27,619 nucleotides of DNA from a virus (IMGVR_UViG_3300033149_004544:1-27619); one strand, 5' to 3'. Shown: positions 1-9,217, numbered from the stretch's first letter. Program-made: numbers and translations. Notes: generated by a model from the letters alone, not told the origin.

Positions 1-430
1 GCTTTTCGTCCTCATCATCCCAATCATCCCAATCATCCTCTTCCTTCTTCGGCTTGGACGGCTTGGACGGCTTGGACGGCTTGGACGGCTTGGACGGCTT
101 GGACGGCTTGGACGCCCAGGACGGCGCATCCTCAAGATCTTCATACCCGACAGCCTTATGTATTGTGCCATACTCGTCTTCCAATATCAGGCTCGTCCCA
201 TCGCCAGAAACATGAACGACTTCACACTCCATGCCATCGAACCAGACTTCGTCTCCGACCGAGACACCCCGACGTCGCTTTTCTTTCTTTGGCCTCTCTT
301 CGGAAGCTTCTTCCTCCCTGACCCGATCCTTCCTGTCCCGATCCCGATGACGAGTCTTCCCCTCCGACTCTTCCGACTCTTCGTCTTCGTCTGTTTTCTC
401 AATCTGCAAGAACAAAGCTTTCAACTCGTC
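1..430 (-). CDS. C-terminal continuation of the SSB (frame-shifted by a duplication, runs off window edge)
   Basis: Hand translation from 430 down to 1 has no stop: DELKALFLQIEKTDEDEESEE...GVSVGDEVWFDGMECEVVHVSGDGTSLILEDEYG...(SKP)7KKEEDDWDDWDDEDEK. It is in frame with the upstream ORF once one 31-bp copy is removed. The acidic tail is typical of SSBs. Confidence 0.8.
51..113. repeat. 9-bp tandem repeat GGCTTGGAC x7 (encodes (Ser-Lys-Pro)7 on minus strand)
   Basis: Seven perfect units read directly at 51-113. Confidence 0.97.
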
Positions 431-486
431 ATACGGCGTCTCTACTAGAAGCTCGCTCGTCATACGGCGTCTCTACTAGAAGCTCG
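425..486. repeat. Perfect 31-bp tandem duplication causing a frameshift
   Basis: CTCGTCATACGGCGTCTCTACTAGAAGCTCG at 425-455 and again at 456-486. Confidence 0.97.
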
Positions 487-1127
487 TCCAAGCAAGGCAT
501 CTCTTCAATAATCTCCGGATCATACTGCCGCTTGCGAGCACGAAACTCGATGTCACCAACGTCCGACCACTTCCCTCTGTCGGACTGCTGGAGGGCCAGA
601 CGCATCGTCAGTCCCTCCGTTGGGTCCGCAAAGAGGTCGTACCCGTCCTCCTCGTCGGAATTGTTGATCTTGACCCTCAAATACTTGCCGAAGAGGTGAT
701 AAGACACCTCCCAAAGCAACACACTATCCGGATCGTTCATCAAGTCCTTGACCAACCATAGTTGCCGCTCCTTCGGAGCCAGCTTCTTGATTAGATCCTC
801 TTCGGCGTCTGGATCAGCAGACATCTTGGCTCGATACTCACACACCGGACACGGCTTCTTGAACGTCCGAGCGGAACAAAGGTGCCAATCCTGATTGGGC
901 CCGATCCCCTGATGAACGAAAAACGTCCGCTCGAAGTACGGCTCGCCCGGCTCCGCTCGCGGATTTCCCTTGCCAGCAATGTAACTCATAAAATCCAGCC
1001 TGTACGTACCTGGCTTTCCCGAGAATGTCTTGAGCCCCTCTGGTAGACGTAGATAGTTACTACCTCCACGGCTCTCCTCTCGCCATCGGCGTGCCGAAAC
1101 CGGTTTTCTCTTACGACTTCTTCCCAT
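429..1127 (-). CDS. T4 gp32-like single-stranded DNA-binding protein (truncated as assembled)
   Basis: His/Cys Zn-site pattern (FFVHQGIG...HLCSARTFKKPCPVCE) and DLFADPTEG segment; next to a UvsY-like gene and replication genes. Start taken at MGRSRK (ATG 1127). Confidence 0.75.
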   Translation of the reverse strand: MGRSRKRKPVSARRWREESRGGSNYLRLPEGLKTFSGKPGTYRLDFMSYIAGKGNPRAEPGEPYFERTFFVHQGIGPNQDWHLCSARTFKKPCPVCEYRAKMSADPDAEEDLIKKLAPKERQLWLVKDLMNDPDSVLLWEVSYHLFGKYLRVKINNSDEEDGYDLFADPTEGLTMRLALQQSDRGKWSDVGDIEFRARKRQYDPEIIEEMPCLDELLVETPYDERASSRDAV

Positions 1128-1263
1128 TGATTCTCTCCTCTTCTTCGTAGTGGTAATACAATGCACGTCCCCTGAAAAACGCATACGTGCCCAACTTCAC
1201 TGCCATGAACACAGCCCATGGCAAACTAAGCACGATCAGCAACCACACCAACGCTTCAGCCAT
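1111..1263 (-). CDS. Small single-pass membrane protein (50 aa)
   Basis: MAEALVWLLIVLSLPWAVFMAVKLG hydrophobic stretch; overlaps both neighbours. Confidence 0.6.
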   Translation of the reverse strand: MAEALVWLLIVLSLPWAVFMAVKLGTYAFFRGRALYYHYEEEERINGKKS

Positions 1264-1750
1264 CTTCTCTTTTCCTCCGAGGATGGAAGGCCCGATCCTT
1301 CTGCATCTCCTCCAACTCTTCGCGATGCTCCTTCGGTGCCAGAGGCTCGGAGTAATAGTTTGCCAGATGCAACCGGACAAGGTTCTCCAAAGCTGACTTT
1401 CTCTGCTCCAAAGCCGAGACCAAAGCTGTCATGATCTCGTAACGATGCTTAGCTCTCCCAAACTTACGGACAGCTCCCACACACGCTGCGGACCGAGAAA
1501 CCGAGGCCTCCACAGCCTTCTCTGTCACTTTGCCTTCAATTCCGTATCGCTCCGGATCGGCTCGAATCTCACTGTCCACTACTGCTCGGGCAACCTCGAC
1601 GGCTGCCTTGGCCTCATCCATCGCGAGACGTGCGTCGGCAGCCTGTTCAGCCCATCGGAAATAGAGCTTCGGTTGCCTCGTCCACTCTCGGTCCAGATTG
1701 TGCTCGTCGATCTCCAGGACCGACTCCACCGACTTCGCATCTTCGCTCAT
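1256..1750 (-). CDS. UvsY-like recombination mediator (helical protein)
   Basis: LEIDEHNLDREWTRQPKLYFRWA...KVTEKAVEA...ALEQRKSALENL resembles the phage UvsY-like family; adjacent to the SSB. Confidence 0.65.
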   Translation of the reverse strand: MSEDAKSVESVLEIDEHNLDREWTRQPKLYFRWAEQAADARLAMDEAKAAVEVARAVVDSEIRADPERYGIEGKVTEKAVEASVSRSAACVGAVRKFGRAKHRYEIMTALVSALEQRKSALENLVRLHLANYYSEPLAPKEHREELEEMQKDRAFHPRRKREDG

Positions 1751-1953
1751 ATCTCTTCTCCTCCCACCTTCCACTCGTGTTCTTGCTTCGCTATCTCACC
1801 GTCTACAAATCGCTTGGCTCGAACAAAGGCCCACTCGATCTCATCCTTCGATGCTCCGCACTCAAGAGACAAACCGATGGCAATCTTCGTCGATTCGTAA
1901 TTGCCCATGTTCAGCGTACGCGCCAACGAATAGTCAACTCTGGCCTTACTCAC
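1747..1953 (-). CDS. Hypothetical phage protein
   Basis: GTG start at 1953 just after the clamp-loader stop; RTLNMGNYES motif seen in small phage proteins. Confidence 0.65.
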   Translation of the reverse strand: MSKARVDYSLARTLNMGNYESTKIAIGLSLECGASKDEIEWAFVRAKRFVDGEIAKQEHEWKVGGEEI

Positions 1954-1954
1954 C

Positions 1955-2887
1955 TCACTCCCTTTCTGGGCAAACAACGTCGTAGCATGCCAAAGCGAGT
2001 CCAGCAGCTCCCGACTCATACAAAGCATCTTGAAATCGGTCGATCACCACAGCAGCTCGACGACTCGCCTTTCCACCACCCAAAAGAACGGAGCGGCTAT
2101 ACCCGAGAACAATACGACGCAATGATTCGTGCTCCTCATCTACACTCTTTAGCACCTTGGCTACCTCCGACCAAGACACTCCCGGACGCATCAACAATCT
2201 AGCAAGTTCGATCGCCTGAGACTTGTGGTCTCCCTTGGCGATCGCATCGAGTTGCTCATCCTCGTCCTTCAACCCTATTATCGCGTGCAATAAAACTAGC
2301 ACCTTGCGAGCGGAGCCCTCGGCGGCGTCCACCAACCGATCCATCACATCGCGAGAAAGCAACTTCTGATTCTCAGCCGCCATCACCGTCGCAATCACAA
2401 GTTCCAAGTCCCTACTCGACAATGATCGAAACTTCAACTCGGTGGCCCGGGTGACGATCGTCTTCAATAACTTCTGTGGATTGGTCGTCGACAAGACAAA
2501 CCAGACATGCTCTGGCGTATCCTCCAACATCTTCAAGAATGAGTTCTGTGCTTCAGAAGTCAACTGATGAGATTCGTCAATCGTCCAAAATCGACACTTG
2601 CCCGAGATCGGGGCCAGCATCAGATTGGACCGAATAGTCCGTACCATGTCGATACCGCGAGCGTCTGCTGCATTCACCTCCGTATAATCTGCATCTCCAC
2701 AACCCAGCTTCCTCCGAAGAATGCGAGCCACGGTCGTCTTTCCCACCCCGCTCGGACCGGTGAACAACAAGAAGTGAGGTACCACTCTCCTGCGTCCCCA
2801 ATCCACAAGCTGCCGAACCACGTCATCTTGCCCGATCACCTGCTTGAGACTGCTCGGACGATGTTTCTTGTAAAGTTCTTCAATCAT
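1955..2887 (-). CDS. dnaX: Clamp loader AAA+ subunit (DNA pol III gamma/tau-like)
   Basis: LYKKHRP..L..VIGQ, Walker A GPSGVGKTT, EVNAADARGID, IDESHQLTSEAQNSFLKMLE. Confidence 0.88.
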   Translation of the reverse strand: MIEELYKKHRPSSLKQVIGQDDVVRQLVDWGRRRVVPHFLLFTGPSGVGKTTVARILRRKLGCGDADYTEVNAADARGIDMVRTIRSNLMLAPISGKCRFWTIDESHQLTSEAQNSFLKMLEDTPEHVWFVLSTTNPQKLLKTIVTRATELKFRSLSSRDLELVIATVMAAENQKLLSRDVMDRLVDAAEGSARKVLVLLHAIIGLKDEDEQLDAIAKGDHKSQAIELARLLMRPGVSWSEVAKVLKSVDEEHESLRRIVLGYSRSVLLGGGKASRRAAVVIDRFQDALYESGAAGLALACYDVVCPERE

Positions 2888-3849
2888 AGATTCAGTCTCG
2901 CTTCCCTTTTCTTTCTGATTCTAAGCATTTCCAAGTTCTTCACAGCTTGATCAAAGTACGATTCCTTCAACTCGACGCCGATCGCCTTCCTCCGATTCTT
3001 CACAGCCACATACACTTCCGATCCGACTCCCATAAACGGAGTCAACACCACATCTCCCTGGGCACTCCACAAGGCTACACACCGCTCGATCACGTCGAGT
3101 TGAAGTGGGCAGATGTGCTTCTCATCATCCCCATCTCTTGCCTCCCGATGCGAGAGTACGTTTGTCTGACGAACGTCAAACCACACTGGACTCGCGTACT
3201 GTTGCCATATCCAATGCGACCGCTTGTTTCTCTTCTGCTCACCTCCCCAGCCGATAAATCCATCCAATTTTGCAGGCACCCGCCTGGACCCGCAGTACTC
3301 CGTCAATCCATCTACATGCCGAACCGGCACCGGATTTTCTCCTCGCTTGCGAAACGCTATGATATAATCCGGTATCCCGGTTCGACAGAACGCCGAATCT
3401 TTGACAATCTGCTTGTGTGCCAGACCGATCGCCTTCGTGCGAACGGCCGCCAACAGCGGATCTTTCCAGATCGTGATCCTCGGCGAGTGCTGCACGAAAT
3501 CATACCGCAGAAAACACCGTACAATGTCTCCGGGGAAATCCTTGATGCCAATCTCCTCACCGCGAGATTTGTGTGTCGGCAATTCCATGCAATGGACGGC
3601 CACGATCCGCCCTGGCATCATTAACCGCTCCAATTGCTCCACAAGAAACGAAAAATGTCCGAAAAACTCCTCGTAGGAGCTACTGTTAGACATATCCCTC
3701 GAATCATCCGTGTAAGTATACAAGTCGGCGAACGGAGGACTGAAAACGCTCAAACCGACAGACTCTTCCGGCAAGCTCGGCAGCACCTCGCAGCAATCTC
3801 CGCAGTACAAAGCAAACACCTTCGTGATCTTCTGTTTCTTCGCCACCAT
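2884..3849 (-). CDS. DNA methyltransferase, N6-adenine/N4-cytosine, beta class
   Basis: GDCCEVL, catalytic SPPF precedes SAM-binding TPFMGVGS, HICP, GVELKESY. Confidence 0.9.
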   Translation of the reverse strand: MVAKKQKITKVFALYCGDCCEVLPSLPEESVGLSVFSPPFADLYTYTDDSRDMSNSSSYEEFFGHFSFLVEQLERLMMPGRIVAVHCMELPTHKSRGEEIGIKDFPGDIVRCFLRYDFVQHSPRITIWKDPLLAAVRTKAIGLAHKQIVKDSAFCRTGIPDYIIAFRKRGENPVPVRHVDGLTEYCGSRRVPAKLDGFIGWGGEQKRNKRSHWIWQQYASPVWFDVRQTNVLSHREARDGDDEKHICPLQLDVIERCVALWSAQGDVVLTPFMGVGSEVYVAVKNRRKAIGVELKESYFDQAVKNLEMLRIRKKREARLNL

Positions 3850-3851
3850 GA

Positions 3852-5219
3852 TTATCCCTCTCCCAGCCATGCAGGCACGCACACCTTCACCACATCTCTC
3901 CGAATCGCCGTCTTTCGATCCACTGCTTGAAACTTATTCATTTCCCTTATTATCGAATCGTAGAAAACTACTGCCTGCCTTTCCTTCCTCCACATAGCCT
4001 CGCTCACTTTGGACTCGGATTCCGTTGCAACGATGCTGACCTTCACCTCCTGCCGTTGCCCAAACCGCCAACACCGACGCACAACTTGGTACCATTGCTC
4101 CCATGAATAGCTCGGAAAGTAACTCAAGTCAGAGCAATGCTGAAAATTCAATCCAAAGCCTCCGATCTTCGGCTTCGTCACCAGCACGCGAACGTTGCCC
4201 ATAGCAAAGTCGTTCAGCACTGCCTCCTTCCTAGAATCCTCGTCGCTCCCAGCTACTTGCACTGCATCCGGGATCAATCGCTCCAACAAATCTCCCTCAG
4301 CATTCAAGTGACACCACGCAATGTACGGTCGATCCGTCGGGGCCAGCTCAGCCACCTTTTCGCACCTCTCCCTTACTGTAGCATTTCTTTCAGCTCTCTG
4401 CTCCGCCCAGTTGGCTGCCGGCAACACCAACAACCCCTTTGGCTTTCTTCCACTGGGCACAAAGTGTTCCTTGACAATCAGCTTCGGCAATACGAACTCG
4501 CCATCTTCAAATCCAAGATCACTCGGTTTCCGAACAGCCCTAGCCCAACCCGAGAGCCACTGCCAAAACTTCTTTCTGGCATGTCCCCTCAACCGCCACT
4601 TCTGCGTCGTGTCACCATCATTCACGAAAAACATGGCCAACATCTGAGAATAGCCCATCACACCAAGCACTTCGGACGAATTGCCCAACTCCATATAATC
4701 GTTCGGAGCTGGTGTCGCCGTACCTAGCAGTCGATACCTCACCTTCAAAGCAAACTCCGACACCTCTCTGCGAGTCTTTGCGTCGTGGTGTTTCAACACT
4801 CCCGACTCGTCACACACCAGCCCCGCAAAGTCCCTCGGCTCGAAGTGGTGAAGCATCTGATAGTTAACTACATTGATCCCCTTCCTCACCCTGCCGTCCC
4901 TAGCCAGCTTCACCTCGATGCCGAACTTCTCTCCCTCCCGAACGAACTGACGAGCAACGGCTAACGGCGTCAGGATTAACACTGGACGATTCGTCTTCCT
5001 GACAACATTCTCCGCCCAAACGAGTGACATCGGAGTCTTTCCCAGCCCACAGTCGGCGAAGATCGCTCCCCGCCCCTTCCGCAAGGCCCACTCAGTGAGT
5101 ACCTGCTGAAAGCCAAACAAAAAATCCGGCATCCACAAAGGCTCAAACCCGCAATCCGCCCGCATCTGGGCTTTCCTCGCCAAGAATGCAGCATAATCTC
5201 CGTTCGACTCACTCAACAA
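3852..5219 (-). CDS. Superfamily 2 (SNF2-like) helicase paired with the methyltransferase
   Basis: ADCGLGKT, VCDES, TATPAPND, GFGLNFQ, QVVRRCWRFGQ. Confidence 0.88.
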   Translation of the reverse strand: MLSESNGDYAAFLARKAQMRADCGFEPLWMPDFLFGFQQVLTEWALRKGRGAIFADCGLGKTPMSLVWAENVVRKTNRPVLILTPLAVARQFVREGEKFGIEVKLARDGRVRKGINVVNYQMLHHFEPRDFAGLVCDESGVLKHHDAKTRREVSEFALKVRYRLLGTATPAPNDYMELGNSSEVLGVMGYSQMLAMFFVNDGDTTQKWRLRGHARKKFWQWLSGWARAVRKPSDLGFEDGEFVLPKLIVKEHFVPSGRKPKGLLVLPAANWAEQRAERNATVRERCEKVAELAPTDRPYIAWCHLNAEGDLLERLIPDAVQVAGSDEDSRKEAVLNDFAMGNVRVLVTKPKIGGFGLNFQHCSDLSYFPSYSWEQWYQVVRRCWRFGQRQEVKVSIVATESESKVSEAMWRKERQAVVFYDSIIREMNKFQAVDRKTAIRRDVVKVCVPAWLGEG

Positions 5220-5257
5220 TCATCCTCCTCCTCCTAATTCTCGGCGTTGAGTCCCAC

Positions 5258-6655
5258 TCATATCTCAACCTCTACACTCCTCTTCTCAAACCAGTTCTCC
5301 TCAGCAATCGCTACGTCCACAGTGAGGGGAACGACTATCCATTGCCATGCCTCCCGCAACCGAACAGACGTTATCTCTCGTACTTTCACCAAGAAGTCGT
5401 CCAACTCACTTCGATGCACGTCACACAACATACTATCATGGATCTGCCCCACGACCATCGAACGCATCTTATTCTTTGACAACCACTTGACCATCTCCAC
5501 CAAACTCCACAACAGAACATGAAAAGCAGATCCCTGCACAGGATGGTTGATCACATCGTTCCGCTTGTAAAGCCCGTCCTCCCGAAAGCCGGTCAGCAGT
5601 TCAAACCAACCCCGCTTCAAATACTTCTGCCACCATCGTTCCTTCCATTCGGCATAGATCGGAAACCGCTCACTCCAAAACACCCGCTCCACTTCGCGAA
5701 CATGACCCGTAAAAGTACCGCCTTCAGTTTCAATCCGCCCTTTGCGCCAATCAGATCTGGTCTCCCCCAATCTGACAATCCCCTGCTCGGCCAAGTGCTC
5801 CTTCAACGGCCTCCCTCCAACCGTCCTCAATTCCATCGAGTCTATCGCCTCCCACAAACTCAAGGCACACTGAGCAAAATAGCTTCCGTAGAATTCTGGA
5901 AAGACAAATCTGTTCTTAGCACAGTACCGAACATCCGCACTGACTTCACCCTCTTCAAGCATGTACAGCTCAGCAGCCAAAGATCGGTGAAAATCGTAAC
6001 CCGTTTCCAGATATTCGATCATCCTCGGATCACGGTGGTAAGCCGTGCTGATCGACACTTCGAGTTGCTTGAAATCTACCTCCACCAAGACATGCCCCTT
6101 CCGAGGAACGAAGCATTGCCGAATCAACTTGCCAATCATCTTGTCCCGTATCGGAACGTTCTGGAAGTTCGGACGATCGGAACTCGAACGATAAGTGACC
6201 ACCGTGTGAAGATTGAAGAACGGTCGAAGCAACCCATCCACCACCTCCCGACGAACGCCGAGAAGATACGTGCCATGCAGCTTCTTCAGCTTCTCCACCT
6301 CCAGATAGTCTCGCACAAAAGGTATATCCAACCTCTCCAACGATAGCTTGTCTGTCTTCTCCCGACTACCCGATCGAGTCTTCTCACCAGACAACTCATG
6401 CCCCATCCGCTTCAACACCTTACTCAACTGCAAACGAGAACCCAACGATGCCTTCAAGCCAAACGCTCGACGCCACTCTGCCCACTCTTCACCGTCTTTC
6501 AGCCTTTCGGTCAGAGCCTCGATACGGCGACTAACCTTTGCTATCGTTCGATCTAGCAGATCTACATCGATCCGAATACCGCTCTCCTCAACGCGAGACA
6601 AGGCAAGAGCCCCATCAAGCATCAATCTCCGTGCATCCTCCCGAATAGCCTTCAT
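5258..6655 (-). CDS. polA: Family A DNA polymerase, polymerase domain only
   Basis: TYRSSSDRPNFQN, motif A VDFKQLE, motif B RYCAKNRFVFPEFYG, NHPVQGSA, motif C QIHDS. Start MKAIRE has an ATGA overlap with the upstream Zn-ribbon ORF. Confidence 0.92.
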   Translation of the reverse strand: MKAIREDARRLMLDGALALSRVEESGIRIDVDLLDRTIAKVSRRIEALTERLKDGEEWAEWRRAFGLKASLGSRLQLSKVLKRMGHELSGEKTRSGSREKTDKLSLERLDIPFVRDYLEVEKLKKLHGTYLLGVRREVVDGLLRPFFNLHTVVTYRSSSDRPNFQNVPIRDKMIGKLIRQCFVPRKGHVLVEVDFKQLEVSISTAYHRDPRMIEYLETGYDFHRSLAAELYMLEEGEVSADVRYCAKNRFVFPEFYGSYFAQCALSLWEAIDSMELRTVGGRPLKEHLAEQGIVRLGETRSDWRKGRIETEGGTFTGHVREVERVFWSERFPIYAEWKERWWQKYLKRGWFELLTGFREDGLYKRNDVINHPVQGSAFHVLLWSLVEMVKWLSKNKMRSMVVGQIHDSMLCDVHRSELDDFLVKVREITSVRLREAWQWIVVPLTVDVAIAEENWFEKRSVEVEI

Positions 6656-6813
6656 GTCCTCTTCTCTATCGCTCGCATCACCCCACTGGCTTTTACCGGC
6701 ACGTACGCATTTCGATTCTTTGACTTGCACCCCTTGCATATCCTATTGCCAGGTCCCCTACTGGGAAACTTCTTCCCACACTTCAAACAGACCCGCTGCC
6801 TCAGATCTTTCAT
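6652..6813 (-). CDS. Small Zn-ribbon protein, 53 aa (not in ORF track)
   Basis: Hand translation MKDLRQRVCLKCGKKFPSRGPGNRICKGCKSKNRNAYVPVKASGVMRAIEKRT; two CxxC pairs; GGAGG RBS; ATGA overlap with the polymerase start. Confidence 0.75.
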   Translation of the reverse strand: MKDLRQRVCLKCGKKFPSRGPGNRICKGCKSKNRNAYVPVKASGVMRAIEKRT

Positions 6814-6816
6814 CCA

Positions 6817-6966
6817 TCACCTCCCCACTCTCTTCCTAGTCGTAACTCTGCGCCTCGGGCCGCTCCGAAGACGGAGAACATACAACGATGGACGTTCGGG
6901 TGTGTACTTCTTGTCCGCAGTCGGTTGCCAGAACGCCAAACACTTCGGCGAAAAGCAATCTTTCAT
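6817..6966 (-). CDS. Small basic hypothetical protein, 49 aa (not in ORF track)
   Basis: MKDCFSPKCLAFWQPTADKKYTPERPSLYVLRLRSGPRRRVTTRKRVGR; ATGA overlap with the UDG-exonuclease stop. Confidence 0.45.
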   Translation of the reverse strand: MKDCFSPKCLAFWQPTADKKYTPERPSLYVLRLRSGPRRRVTTRKRVGR

Positions 6967-8174
6967 CGGAAGTCCTCCTCTTGCTTACGATACAAACGCC
7001 AAGCCAGCAGCGAATCCAGTCCGTTGTACAAGAGCAAATCCCGCACATCGAGCTGTCGAATCCGATTCGGCAGATTGGAACTGCCCTCCAGATACGGAGC
7101 CACATGATCGTCGTATGCTTCCTGCCCAAGGCGAACGAACGCCTGGAACTTCAACCCCGAAATCCCCCGCCGATTGTCAAGCACATGGGCCGCCTGCATC
7201 GTGCACCAGTGCCAACGTCTCACCGGAGTCTTCAACACCCGACGGCTCCAGCGGTCCTCGAACTTTGCATTGTGAGCAATCTTCGGCACCGAAGAGCGGA
7301 GAAACCTCTTGAATGCATCGGACACAGCCCCATGCAACATAAAAGCTATCGTCTCTACACCATTCGACATCGAGCAGGAAACTATCTCAGCCTGCTCAGA
7401 ATCCGGCTTGAGCATGTTCGTCTCAAAATCGAAAGCCACCGGAACGTCGAGTTTACCGCAGGGAAACGAATCTACGGCTCTCACCGCCTCTTCAACAGTC
7501 AGTAACATCCGCACTCGCTTCTCAAACTTCGGTCGCTCCGACCACGGTCTTCCCTTCAACTCGAACGCTCGTCGCAGATGCTCACGAAACATGACGGAGA
7601 CAACTCGCATCCGCTCTCTGTCTTTTGTCCACTCACCAGTATTCTCAGTACGCATCACGTAAGATGGATGGTAAGTTGGACACACCCAAGCATTGAGTCG
7701 CTGGCTCGGTATCCTCCACCCCACCCACCGTCCCACCTTGCCCGGATTTTCTCGCCACAGCCATCCGATCAACGAAGATACCGCCGAACCACCGAGCAGT
7801 AGGATCATCCTCGGTTCCAACTCGCGAATATCCCTCAACAAGTTAGGCCGACAAGCTCGCACTTCCTCCGCCGTCGGATTGCGACCTGGATAGCAAATCA
7901 CGGCGTTCGTTTTCCAACAATCTCGGTCCAAATCCACATCCAACTCTCTCAGATAACGTCGGAGTGTCTGACCGGCAGGTCCGATTAACTGGGTGTTTCG
8001 CTTATCCTCCTCCCGCCCTGGCGCTTCGGCCACCACCAACACACCCATCCTCCCCTCGCCAGTGACAGACATCTTCGGCGATCGGCAACCGGCGTGGAGT
8101 CCGCATCTCCCACAACGAGCCAACCGCGGATCGATAGGCTCCGAGCCCAGAACGGAAGACGAGAACAATGGCAT
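6963..8174 (-). CDS. Family 4 uracil-DNA glycosylase fused to PolA 3'-5' exonuclease domain
   Basis: UDG: CGRCGLH, AEAPGREED, IGPAG, TNAVICYP, TYHPSY. Exonuclease: ExoI FDFET, ExoII AHNAKFE, ExoIII YNGLD. Confidence 0.9.
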   Translation of the reverse strand: MPLFSSSVLGSEPIDPRLARCGRCGLHAGCRSPKMSVTGEGRMGVLVVAEAPGREEDKRNTQLIGPAGQTLRRYLRELDVDLDRDCWKTNAVICYPGRNPTAEEVRACRPNLLRDIRELEPRMILLLGGSAVSSLIGWLWRENPGKVGRWVGWRIPSQRLNAWVCPTYHPSYVMRTENTGEWTKDRERMRVVSVMFREHLRRAFELKGRPWSERPKFEKRVRMLLTVEEAVRAVDSFPCGKLDVPVAFDFETNMLKPDSEQAEIVSCSMSNGVETIAFMLHGAVSDAFKRFLRSSVPKIAHNAKFEDRWSRRVLKTPVRRWHWCTMQAAHVLDNRRGISGLKFQAFVRLGQEAYDDHVAPYLEGSSNLPNRIRQLDVRDLLLYNGLDSLLAWRLYRKQEEDFR

Positions 8175-9217
8175 CAATCCAACTTCTCCTCTTCGACAAC
8201 TAGACAGCTCACATACACAAACCGATCCCCGCTTACATACAACTTGTCCCGTCCGATCACGCATTGCTCAGATCGTCCACAAACTTCTCGCAGCAATCGC
8301 GGAGCAATCCGGAACTGCAACGGCTCACCAGAATAGCTCGTCCTCTGCCGCTCTTCATACCATCCCAGAGGACCTTCTCCACGCAGCAACAAACGGGAGG
8401 AGTTCAAATCCACCACCAATCCCGCCAGATCTTGCTTGGAATCAACGAAAACCTCTGCCTTGTTTGCCGCTTCAACGAGGCTCTTAGGCAAAGAAGTCTC
8501 TTGTCCACTGACTTCAAAGAATGGCGACAGATTCGGGAACCTCTCATCCCATCGACGACAGCTCGCCACCAAACCGGCCGAATTGCGGAAGTGAATCCAT
8601 GAATCCGTCACAGCCCATTCTTCCACCCCCAACTTGGAAATCTTCACCAACTCATCTCGCTTCGCCAATACAGGTCCCTCTAGACCAGTCTTCAAACGAT
8701 ACCGGATAGCTTGGAAGCAATCACTCGCCTCGATCCCTGCTGGAGTCAAATGCAAACAAGTCAGCACAAACGCCGATTCATCTCCACTAGCACAGCCCTG
8801 AACGGTCTCAATCGCTTCCAGCAATCCGTCCGGCATATTATCCCATGAATCCGGCAGACCAACCTCTCCCACCGGTAAGATTATCTGCGTCTGGACTCTC
8901 AACCCCGCTCGACGCCGCTTCGTCTTCAAAACGAGCTGTCCTATGTCCGCCGAGCCACCACCTTCAAGACTAACATCAATGTTCTCGTCGTCGAGCTTGA
9001 GCAGCAAACTGCGGAGTTCAATGGCCGGCACGGCACACTCCATCCCCTCCATCACAGAGGGAATACTAGCACTGCATGCCACATCATCGTTGAATGTCCA
9101 AACCCTCCCGCCTTGAAACACATAGCAAGAAGACTGCTCAATGATGTCCCGAGTCGAAAGCCCGGCCTCAACCGCCGCCAAACTCTTGAGTAACTCATCC
9201 CGCTTTAGCATAATCAT
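8174..9217 (-). CDS. dnaN: DNA sliding clamp (pol III beta-like)
   Basis: 347 aa; N-terminal LKRDELLKSLAAV, FVLTCLHL...IEASD, ERFPNL match the beta-clamp pattern; clamp loader nearby. Confidence 0.75.
   Translation of the reverse strand: MIMLKRDELLKSLAAVEAGLSTRDIIEQSSCYVFQGGRVWTFNDDVACSASIPSVMEGMECAVPAIELRSLLLKLDDENIDVSLEGGGSADIGQLVLKTKRRRAGLRVQTQIILPVGEVGLPDSWDNMPDGLLEAIETVQGCASGDESAFVLTCLHLTPAGIEASDCFQAIRYRLKTGLEGPVLAKRDELVKISKLGVEEWAVTDSWIHFRNSAGLVASCRRWDERFPNLSPFFEVSGQETSLPKSLVEAANKAEVFVDSKQDLAGLVVDLNSSRLLLRGEGPLGWYEERQRTSYSGEPLQFRIAPRLLREVCGRSEQCVIGRDKLYVSGDRFVYVSCLVVEEEKLD

Noticed and set aside
6656-6962. Group I intron joining the two PolA halves
   Set aside because: No recognisable P7/catalytic core. 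The gap is filled by two ORFs with an RBS and ATGA coupling, and the polymerase has its own start. Not formally excluded without RT-PCR.
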